Origin: Octopus sinensis
Lineage: Eukaryota
Length of the DNA: 64,000 nucleotides
Assembly: GCF_006345805.1 (NCBI RefSeq)
Contig: NC_043000.1
Location: forward strand, 31,124,001 to 31,188,000
Direction of reading: 5' to 3'
A model generated the notes under the pieces. That model searched no databases and was not told the DNA's origin. It saw nothing but the letters and a program-made list of their open reading frames with translations. Within the stretch, counting starts at the first letter, position 1; each line of letters starts with the position of its first letter. Shown one piece after another: positions 13,701 through 25,700 of the stretch. Position numbers and translations under genes: made by a program.

Positions 13701-16700
13701 TCTGAAAAAAAAAATAAATAAAAATTTGTCATATTTAGCCCTAACACCGTTACTTCCAAGTAAAGTAATAGCTCCCTTAGTCCTTTGGACATGAATAGCA
13801 TAAATGGCTAGACAAGAAATTGCACACAAATGACTCTGCTTGTATAATGGCAATGCTAGTTTACAACTAGCACATGGTATCAAGACTAGGGGATATGAAA
13901 ACACATTCTTGCATGCACGCACACACTTGTGCACACTCTTGGAGTGGTTGGCGTTAAGAAGGGCATCCAGCTGTAGAAACTCTGCCAGATCAGACTGGAG
14001 CCTGGTGGCAGCCTCCTGGCTTCCCAGACCCCAGCACAGTGAAAGAGTCGGTTTACACACCTAGTTATGGCTATCCTCACTGTGTTGTGATCTTCAATGC
14101 TCATTATTTCAATTGTCTACTTTGCCAAAAAAGGTATCCATTCATCATTGAGCTAGGGTTTATATCTGTATTCAGTTATGCAACTTTTTTTCATATCCTT
14201 GACAAACGTTGGATATATAATTTAACAAAATGGAGGTAAAAATGTGTTCACACATGTACTTCACGAGACTCCAAAATGTCCTCTTAACGACTCCTATTGA
14301 CCTTTTTGTCTCAACCAATACACTATTCTTTATAAGAGTTTGGCTAGTCCATTCTTCAAATCCCCCAGGAGTGTCAATGTCTCTTGCCACATCTCCCCCT
14401 TGAGACAGACTTTTGTTGGAAGTAAATATTATTTTTATTTATTTTTCTTTCATCACATCTCCTTTTTGAGATTTTCCTCCTAGAGAAGTTTAATATTTCT
14501 TCTGTTTAGGCACTACTTCCAACTGTTCTGTTTGTTTCCTCTTTCTTGTGCTGCTATGACTAGGTTCAATTTCTTGTGGTGTTGGAACATCAAAGGTGTC
14601 ATAGAACACTTCCATAGGTATCGCTTTCCTTTTTTCCATATATCTATTTTTTAGTTGGTTTAAATGTCTTTTGTGTTCCCTTTTTTTGCCTCTTATCATA
14701 TATGCCATTTTGCCTATTCTTTTTGTTACTACTCTGTTTTCAAAATCTTATCTTCCATTTTTATATATTTTGAAAAACACCTTGTCACCGATATTAAAAT
14801 GTTTTGTTGTATATTTAGTGTTTTCCCTATTTGTTTTATTACTGGTAACAGCTTGTCGAAAATTGACTTTATTTTTTGAGCAAACATTAGTTCCACAGGC
14901 GATTTGCTTGAAAAAGTGTTTGGGTTTGGTGTTTCCTATAAATCCCGAAGAATTGTGTCAATGCTGCATCATTGACTAGCTCGTTTCTTGATTTCTTTAA
15001 TGCTCTTTTAAATGTATCCACAAACCTTTCTGCTTGTCTATTTGGGTGATAAAGAGGAGTAGTGATGTGTTCAATTGAATACATCTTGCAAAATTTCTTA
15101 AATTCATTCGCCATGAATTGTGTACCATTATCAGAGACTATGGCATCCAAGACACCATACCTAGCAAAAAAATCATGTAGAAATTCCACTGTTACTGTGG
15201 ATGTTGGTTTTCTACATTTACACATTTCTGACCATTTAGTAAAGCTATCTACCACTATTAGATGATGTCATCGGTTTAATGGTTCTGCGAAGTCTATGCG
15301 TAGTCTGGACCATAGAATATCGGTCTTGGGCCTAGGTTGAAACTTTATAAGTGGTGATTTCGCTGCAAGAGCACAACCTCTGCAGGATTTTACCAGCTTC
15401 TCAATATCTACATCCATTTTTGGCCAGTAAACATAACTCCTCATAAGTGACTTCATTCTAGAAATTCTTGGATGTCCAGTGTGAACATATGACCTTATAT
15501 TGCACCTGCCCTAAATGGGTCTGGTCTCCGTCCATTTTCATCAATAATCTGCCATATATATTTTATTCTTGGCATAAAAAATTCACACTTTTCCTTGCTG
15601 AGCTTAAACCCATAATCAATTCTTCTTTCGAAGACCTTTTTAACATTTATAAAGATCTCAGTTGATCACTCTTGAGTAGACTCTCTTTAGGTGATGATTA
15701 GTTGACAGAAACATATCCATAGTTGTTCCCCTTGCTTACAAACTTCCTACTTTTCTCACTCCTTCTTCCACCCCACTCCTTTTTAATATCCATGTTTACA
15801 TGAAGTAAGATTGCTACTCACCTTCAGCTGTTCTCATCTTTGTTCTATGTCCTTTCTTTTCACCATGGATCCCCTTGGGGCCCCTCCGCTGCCAGCAGAA
15901 TGTATCTTCACTCAGTCTTCATTGTCCATTCATGCTGGTGTAGTTATCTCTTTTGGTTTCTCAATTCACTTGTGCTTTGTTCACTCGGCTCCTATCCCTC
16001 ATACATGGTTCATTTCAAAAGAAGACAGAAACACTCTGTTGCTGCCAACAACTTCCTGCATTTTGCTTCACATTTTCTTTTTCTGAATCAGTGATTCTTA
16101 ACTTGGGTGGTGTTGTTAGCTGATGAGGAGGTACTAAGGTGGTGATGATGGTATGCTGGATATAATGGAAGGGTTTGAGGGATGAGTGTTTGAAGATGTC
16201 ATGGTAGAAATATGACATCTGAGATTACACATGTTGGCATAAATCCAAACTACATGTTAAAATAATCTTATTTTTAATTCTTTTTTGTTGAGACCAGAAA
16301 TTAATGGCAATGCTTATATAAAGGTGACACTCATAAACTACATGGCTGGGAAGCGAGTTTCTTACCCAAGTACCTACATGCTTCCACCTCTGTTCATATC
16401 AGATAGCTTACTACTTACACAATCCTAATATTTCAGCACCTTGATTCTAGCTGTATATGAATTCTTGTCTTTCATTCTTATTCACAGCTGAGTTAACCTC
16501 TATATATATTCTACTGGTTCTATTTGGGATAGTTTTTCATTAGAAAGTTACTCAGTCCAGCATATGACACAAGAGACATAAATCTATTTGTCTGTACTAA
16601 TATAGAAATATACTTTATTGAATAGAAATATAATTTACATACACTGAAAGGTCTGATCTACACAAGGCCAGTGAGAAAAGTGGTGTGAACTAGACTGGGC

Positions 16701-19700
16701 AGTGTGTTTGCAGGTTGCAGAGATAAGAAGGCAGCTGGTGTTTGATGTGAAAAGAGAGAGAGATTTACTGTGCGGAAGATAAATAGTTTACAGCACTGAA
16801 ACCTGATAGAACAAGCAAATTGTTACAGAACGAAATGCAGAAGGAAAGCGAAGTAGAATTGGAGAGGAGGTAAATTGGAAAGACAATGCCAGAGCACTTA
16901 GCACCGCCATAAGAAAGGATATTTAATCTTAGTGGCATTCATAATTTATTTAAATATTGATACATTTGGTTTCAAATTTGATGATGGTGGAGTGTTTTGA
17001 GAGAGAGAGGGGGGGGTAGGGGGAGGGAGAGAGGGAGGGAGAGAGATGGTTCAATGATTGAATAGAAGAGAGAGAGAGAGAGGGAGGGAGAGAGATGGTT
17101 CTGACTGAATAGACTGAATAGAAGTTCTCTCATTGCCACAACAACAATAACAAGATTATTTTATTGAGTTGGAGTTGATAGTCTGCCATCAATCTGCCTT
17201 GTTCCATTCACTCAATTTAACAATGAAGTTGATGGTGGTTGGGGAATTAAAAATGACAAATGATTTGAGTGGCTGATATTTTATAGATTTTGACCTCTGC
17301 GACTGTCTTCTCTATGGGCCAGGTGGGATGGTGGCAGGGTTTTAATTTAACTACTTCATTTGTTCAGCGTGTTAATTATTAATTTTTGATGATTTATTAT
17401 ATGAGAAGAGTTGTAATTATTATAGTTCTAAATACTAAGCCACTTTTGTTAGGTACTAAACACAGACAACTAAGTATTTAATACTTGTGACAAGGGAGAC
17501 AATAGGATTGGAACTATTTTATTTTTAGACTGTCTATGACTTTTGGTGACACTCAAGTTTAATTAATTGTTGTACAAGTCGTTAGCTTTAAGGTAATATA
17601 CTAGTCTTCACCGTCTCTTCTCTCGATGCTGTCAAATGCAATTCATTTGGTGCATAAGAGAGCTAAGTTAAAAGAGGCAAATTTATAGCTGATCTGTAAT
17701 TCTGCCAGTAACCATTGATGTTGCACTTATAGAGGGCAAGTATGATGTTTCTTAAATATTGATTCTGAAGATTGCTTCATGAATTTACATGTCTGAATTA
17801 ATCTCACCACTATACCCCTTGGTTTTCTCTTTTTGAGCAAAGACAGTTTCACCCTTTTGTTGTTTTGTTTTGGTAGGCATCACTGTATGGTAGCTACATG
17901 GATCTGGGTTCTATCCTGCTGCACAACATTTTGGAGCAAGTGCATTTTAACCTGACTTCAGGCTCACCAAAGTCTTATGAAACCATATCAAAACCTGTCA
18001 GAGGGGCTGGTCTGTTTCTTAAGTACCAAACTTAAATATCACCTGGTTTAACACGTCTATTTGATCCTTGGGTATCTTTAGTAGTGTAAGGATAATTTCT
18101 AGTCTTTCCTCACCCCTGCCAGGGGTCCTTAAGGGGACATGGCTTGTATTCTTCTCTTCACTTCTTCTAGGGTCCTGAAAAGGAACACAGTTTGTGCTCT
18201 TCCTCTGACCAGTCTTAGGGGGCCCTAAAAAGTGCCCTAAAAATGGACATAACTTATGTTCTTCCTTCCCTCTTTATGTTATCTTGCTCCCACATACTAC
18301 TTTAGCAATGGTGGGTGTAGTGTATTATGTTACATATTTTTTTCCCTTTTGGCTCAGAAGTTTGATCTCGACCCCTTTTCATAGAAGGCAGCCCTGGAGA
18401 GTAAAGAGCTCGGTTTGCTGTATTGACCTAAGACCATTTTGATGAGTTTTTAAACCTTGATTACTACATAACATTGCCAAACTTGGTTTTATTGCCTCCA
18501 TTAAAAAGTTCTATTGCTGTTTATCTGTTTTCTTTTTATCATATTGATTTGGTTGAGGAAACATGTTGGTGTGAAATATTTATTGGTTTCCTCACTACGT
18601 TCGATGTTCACAAGTGATGTCAATGAAGTTTTATTGTCAAGTAGAAGCTGTTTATAGTGTTATCAAAGGTGATGTTCTAGTGAAGCAGAGAGAGAGAGAG
18701 AGAGAGAGAGCAGGGTGTGAGATCAATGTGTGATGACAGATTAAACACAAAGCCACAATCTAGTAATAAAGTTTACACAAACTTTATACTTTCATCATGT
18801 TACAGTTCACTCTTGTAGATAAAGGTGATGCAAGACAAAGATAAATAGCAAAGCTGCCTTTTATTTAAACTCATTTAATTCATCTCAGTATTGGTAAAAA
18901 AGAAAAAATGGATACAAAGCCAATGATAAGAGACTCCTCTTTTTTTTCGTTTTGGCTGTTTACAACAATATTTCTTTCCCACGTTGCCATAATTTGGCAG
19001 AAGTTTAGCATTTACATGTATTTGATTTTGAGAAGTGGTTTTGTTGTTCAGTGCCAGGTGAACCCTAATTGAACAAATCTTTTAGCAGAAATGTCCCTAC
19101 CATCACCATTCCATCTTTTCTCAGTGTATCTTGTGCAACATTATCCAATGAGTTCTCTGCATTTCAAGAGAATATGAGGTGGTTTAAGATGCATGCTGCT
19201 CTTTAGAGTTCCAATTTATCAAGCCTGCAGTGAAGTTGGTAGTTATTTTCTTAATTCTGGAAATTGTAGTTGTGATACCAGTGCCGGTGGCACGTAAAAG
19301 AACCATCCGAACATGGCCGTTGCCAGCGCCGCCTCGACTGGCCTCCATGCTGGTGGCACGTAAAAAGCACCAACTGATCGTGGCCGTTGCCAGCCTCGCC
19401 TGGCACCTGTGCCGGTGGCACGTAAAAAGCACCCACTACACTCACGGAGTGGTTGGCATTAGGAAGGGCATCCAGCTGTAGAAACACTGCCAGATCAGAC
19501 TGGGCCTGGTGCAGCCTCCTGGTTTCCCAGACCCCAGTCGAACCGTCCAACCCATGCTAGCATGGAAAGCGGATGTTAAACGATGATGATGAGGAGGAGG
19601 AGGACTTCATAAATGTGGGCATGGCTGTGTGGTTAAGAAGCAACCACATGGTTTCAGATTCAGTACCACTCTGCTGCACCCTGGGCTAGTGTTTTCTACT

Positions 19701-22700
19701 ATAGCTCTGAGGGGATCAATGTTTTGTGAGTGAAAGCCTGTCATTTAATGTTCCGTTTTCCAGTCGGGTAGCATAATTCGAAACCTACAATGTAAGAAAG
19801 CACATTGTTTCCAGTAGTGTATAACATCTGATAGTCTGGGTGTGTGTGTGTGTGTGTGTGTGTGTTTATCTCCCCCCACCCCCACCTGACAATAGGTATT
19901 GGCTTGTATGTGTCCCCATAACTTAGTGGTGTGGTAAAAGGGGCCCAATAGACTTATAAAGTAACATACTGGGGTCAGTTTCATCATCATCATCGTTTAA
20001 CGTCCGTTTTCTGTGCTGGCATGGATTGGACGGTTTGACTGGGGTCTGGGAAGCCAGGAATCTGCACCAGGCTCCAGTCTGATCTGGCAGTGTTTCTACA
20101 GCTAGATGCCCTTCCTAACGCTAACCACTCCGTGAGTGTAGTGGGTGCATTTTACGTGCCAGGGGATGCTGGCAACGGCTACGATCGGTTGGTGCTTTTT
20201 ATGTGCCACCGGCGCGGAAGCCAGTCAAGGTGGCACTGGCATCGGCTGCGTATGGATGGTGCTTTTTACATTTCACTGGCACAGAAGCCAGCGCTTTAAC
20301 TGAAACAATTTGAAGTGGCACCCTGGTATGGCTGTAGTCCAATGACTAACACAAGTAAAAGAAGGTAAAAAAGACTTGAGAAATGTAGAATAAATTGTTC
20401 TTTTTTTGTAGCAGAGATGGACATACAGGCATTATAAATCTACCATTTTTAATTACTAAACTCATTCTTGAAATATATTTTACCAATATGGCATGGAGTT
20501 GTCTAAAACTTCTCAAGAATTAAGTTTTGGAAATAGTGCTTTTGTGAAGTCACCAAAGTTTAAATGAATTAATGCAACTTTCTAACTAAGCCAATCAAAA
20601 TCTCTCTATATATAAATGGCAAAATGTCTGCCTGTGTGTGTGTCCTTTATACAAATCCACAATTTTTCAGTTTGTGGGCTCGCACTTTCTATGGTCATTT
20701 AAAACCATCCAAGGGTGGTCGTGCACATCTTTACATTTCCTCAGTCACCCCACAAAGCCATTAAAAAATCAATAGAAGTGACTTTTTTGTGAATTTTCTA
20801 TCCAAAACCCAATCAAAATGCCCGAAACTTGATACGCTAATTGAATGCCAGCTAGCTGTATGTGATTGGTCGGAGATTTGGACAGTATTCGCGTGTATGT
20901 GTGCACACATGCAGCTGTATATGCATGCACTAGCCCTATGACCTGGCAACGCCAGGTCATAGTGCTAGTTGGTTATAGATTATTTCCAATTCTGTAAATA
21001 TTTAACTTTTCATTTATTGAGAATAATAACAAACTGTTTCTTACAGAAGTATGTTTCCATATATCTGCCTGACATCATTGATATACATACTTACATAGTG
21101 GGAAGATGTCTTGTATAGGAAAGGGTGCAGACTTGGAGTGTGAGGGTGAGTGAGAAAGAGAGAGTATGAGGGTGAACACGAACGCTTTGTAACAGAGTGA
21201 GATTAGATTGTAGAATTGAGTTCAAACCTTGTCATGCACAAAATCTAAAATAGATTGTCATATTTTGTGGGATAATTTTTAATTCGTTGAGATAGGCTCA
21301 AAGATATCTTATGTTTGATACAGGATAAATGGTACTCGAACCATTGAGAAAGTCTTTTTATGGTTGTTTGATCTTCTACAAATAACAACCAAATATACCC
21401 CCTGCCAAACACATACACAAATTCCACTGTTTTTAAACCTTTTCATACAATCTGCCTTAAATCTCTAGGTTATTTGATATAAACTGTTTTAAAGTGATCT
21501 TAATTTGAGCCTTCTATCAAAATTTCCTTTTCATTTGTATTCTACACACTAGTTAAATAATGGCAGTTATTTTAATAAATTTTTCATCATTATCAAAATT
21601 AGTTGAAACAAAGGTAGTGTATTTCAAAAAAAAAAATATGGTAAAAGAAAAGGGATTAAATGGGAAGTACACATTTTGGTAAGGAATTGTCATGGCTGGA
21701 CTGCTTATGCTTTTGATCACAAGTCTACCCATTCAAGATTGACCCGGGGCTGAACAAATTGTTTTAAAGGGATCTAAATTAAAACTTTCCATCAAAATTT
21801 CTGATTTCTATTCCAAGTACCAGCTTAATTAACAACAAAGCTATTTTAATAAATTCTTCATTGTTTTCAAAGTTGACCAAAACAAAGACAGCATAAATAT
21901 GGTCACAAAGCGGTAAGTTGTGCAGTAATTTATAGTGAAAAGTTTTCTCAAAACAGGTTCAAGTCACAGACTTGCCTCTGGTTTCATCAAGGGACAAGCC
22001 ATTGACCTCACGTCTATTGATCGAATCACAAGAAATGTATAAATAACTATCAACCGTTTAGTGAACTTGATCCGTGTTTAACTGTTTACAGTTGAAATGT
22101 GTGATGCACAGAAATGTTACTATTAGCTCTACTGTTGCTCATAATTACCTCTAACTTATTATAGGATCTTTTCACTTTGACTGGCAAATTTTAAAAATAA
22201 TTTCTATGTAACTAAAAAATTTTAAACTTTGTATACTGGTAAAATGTGTTTATAAAACATATTTTTCTCGTGGCTTTCTTGAGAAAATTCTGTAGTTTGT
22301 AACATATTTGTTGTTTAATTTCTTGCATTTCGGCAATTTCAACCAATCAATGACGTCTATTGAGGTGAAAATAATTTCTGCTGTAACATTTTCTGGCGGC
22401 GTCATATGAAAATGTCCCTTTTTTTTATGAGAAAAAAGATACCCTGTGGCCATAAACTGAGGGGTCACTCATAAACAGAGCTTGATAACAAAACTGTTCC
22501 CTCTTTAGTGTCCACCTATAGTTATGACCCTAGTATCGACCTATTGCATTTCAATCTGTTTTAGGGGTGGAGGGAAGGGTATCTTTTTTTCTTCAGAAAT
22601 GTAAATAAACCCCAATCTGTTTCTTAAACAAATATATAATATGTAACAGGGACATTTTCATATGATGCCGCCAGAAATTGTTTTCACCTCAATAGATGTC

Positions 22701-25700
22701 AGTGATTGGTTGAAATTGCCGAAATGCAAGAAATTAAGCAACAAATATGTTACAAACTACAGAATTATCTCAAGAAAGCCAAGAGAAAAAGATGTTTTAT
22801 AAACACATTCTACCAGTATACGAAGTTTAAAATTTTTTAGCTGCATAGAAATTATTAAAAAATCTGCCGGTCAAAGTGAAAAGATCCTTATTATATTCTT
22901 GTAATGCCATTTATCTACAGAACAAATTAAACCTACTTGTTGTTTATATTCCAGTGGTTCTGGGGCAGTATACAAATAGATGCTTGTGCATGTGAGGATA
23001 TTTACCTGTTTGAAAAGGTAAGTTTTTATTTATTTATTTGCTTAAGTAGATCATGTGATGTATGAATTGCATGTTATGTAAGGTAAACAAATATTTTTAA
23101 CACCACGCCTGCAGTACATCATCACTTGTAATATATAAAGACCTGTAACATTGTCTTTTCTGCAAGCAAAAATTGAGAAATATTTCTGCATGAAATGTAT
23201 CAAATGTCCCTTATTAGAATGTATTGGAGTGTAACCAGCCCGCTTATGCATACCTTTCCCTTCCTTGGACACTAAACTCTGCTTGCGAAGACCTGTTGAG
23301 GCAAGTGAAATCAAAATCACATTCGATGACTGGCATCCGTACTAGCGGGGTCCAAAGAGCACCATACAAGCATGATCGTTGACAGAGCGGCTAACCAGCT
23401 TCCGTGCCAGTGGCATATAAAAGGGCACCATTTGAGCATGATCGTTACCAACATTGCCTTACTGGCACCTGTGCTGGTGGCATGTGTAAAAAGATTCGAG
23501 CGAGGTCGTTGCCAGTACCGCCTGACTGGCCCCTGTGCCGGTGACACGTAAAAGGCACCCACTACACTCTTGGAGTGGTTGGCGTGAGGGTGGCCATCCA
23601 GCTGTAGAAACTCTGCAAGATCAAGATTGGATCAAAATCGTCCAACCCATGCTAGCATTGAAAGTGGACTTTAAACGATGATGATGATGTATGATTCATA
23701 GAGGAATTTTATTTTGGCCAAATTGGGTGACAATGGCAAAAGTCTGGCAATCATACAATACTGATTTTAGCTTGCAGCTGAGTACAAAACTTATTTCCTC
23801 CATCTCTCCGTACTCACTCATTGTATCGAGTTCTGTCTGCGACCATGATTGAGGCTATTTAAAGATCTGGTGTATCCCTCTATCTTTTCGATGTCCTTGT
23901 TTCTCTTTCCAGATATCATACTCTGTGAATAGGTCTTAGGAAGACCACAAGTTGAATGTATAGGCAACCATAGTTGAATCCATGTCCGAACGTGGGTCAT
24001 CTGGAGTTATCTCCCCTGGTCACATCGTTAACAACGTGGTGGCGCTCGTGAGAGAGGGATAAAGAGACGGGCAGAGCCAAGAACCGTCTCTTTTGCTCAC
24101 CAAGCAGCCTGGTGCTAACTGCATCGTCTCCCTCTCTCACGAGCGCCACCTTGTTAATGATGTAACCAGGGGAGATAACTCCAGATGACCCACGTTCGGA
24201 CATGGATTCAACTATGGTTGCCTACAAATGTTTGACATGTTCCAATAGTTTTTGGGTGTTGCTTTTAACTTCATTAAAAATTGCTTCAATTTGTGCCGTT
24301 TCTTGTAGATTTAATGTTTTAATACTTTTAGATGTTTATCAGTAATAAATCTCATGACCTCTTCTCTCTTATCTCTTTTGCCAGCTTGAGTAACCATGTA
24401 TTTCCTCTACATGGTGAAGACACTTATTCCTGTCCCTCTATTCATAACCTCTTGCTGCCTGGCACAAAGCCACCCCACTCAATACTACTCGCCCCTCAGT
24501 TGAGGGACCTTGTTAGTTATTTGGTGACCGCACTGGTGCTATGTAAAAAGTACCCAGTACATTCTGTAAAACGGTTGGCATTAGAAAGGGCATTCAGCTG
24601 TAGAATCCATGCCAAAGCAGACACGGTTGAGCTCACCAAGATGAATCTGGACACTCACATCTTTTGCATTTGCAGCCAAGTGATGGAATCTGAAAGGCTA
24701 GCAGTTTCTTGTTAGGTGAAAACTCTCAGCTTTATTTTGCTGGATATGATGGGAAATGTCAACTGCCCACAGCCAGCAGATCATGATTCAAGGACCATGC
24801 AGAGAACTCTTGCAGTTCCAAGAAATGATAATTTTTTGTAGGTGTTCTGCCTTTGCATTTGCACCAACCTCTTTGAGCCATGCTGACACTTCCAAGTATA
24901 TCAATTACTATAGGTTTCTTCTTCTCCTCCTCCTCCTCCTTCTTCTTGCCATCAAATGTTTAGTGGCATTCCATCTGTTTTCATCTTTTGAGTTCAAATC
25001 CTGCCAAGGTTGACTTAGCCTTTCTTCTTGTTGACAGCAGTTGACTAGCCTGCTCACCACAACAGAAAGGATTACTATTACTCTTTTACTTGTTTCAGTC
25101 ATTTGACTGTGGCCATGCTGGAGCACCGCCTTTAGTCGAGCACATCGACCCCAGGACTTATTCTTTGTAAGCCTAGTACTTATTCTATCGGTCTCTTTTG
25201 CCGAACCGCTAAGTTACGGGGACGTAAACACACCACCATCGGTTGTCAAGTGATGTTGTGGGGACAAACACAAACACACACACACATACATATATATAAG
25301 TAGTTGAATGAATTATCTTGTTACGGATAATTTGGTTAACCGATACCTGGGTAGCAAATTCACATCAGAGAAGACACGTTTGAAGTTACATGCTTTCGTG
25401 TGGAAATTTGTATGTTTTTTTTAAAAATATAAATATATGAAAGAATGGAGTTGAACGACGAATTAACAAAATTCCTTTATTTTCGACCTATGTTTCGAAG
25501 GCTGCATATTCCTAATTGCGAAGGAATAAGGAGTATATTATGCCGCTTTCTCATCAGGAAAAGCAAGGAACTTATGTCAACATCAAGATGCACAAAAAAA
25601 ATGACATAAGTTCCTTGCTTTTCCTGATGAGAAAGCGGCATAATATACTCCTTATTCCTTTGCAATTAGGAATATGCAGCCTTCGAAACATATGTCGAAA

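Noticed and set aside
17119-17140. Possible 5' LTR of the Gypsy remnant
   Set aside because: Only a short match to the LTR start; the similarity does not extend.
17550-18100. Possible decayed LINE RT on the minus strand (AFDSI peptide)
   Set aside because: A single short motif; no frame could be extended.
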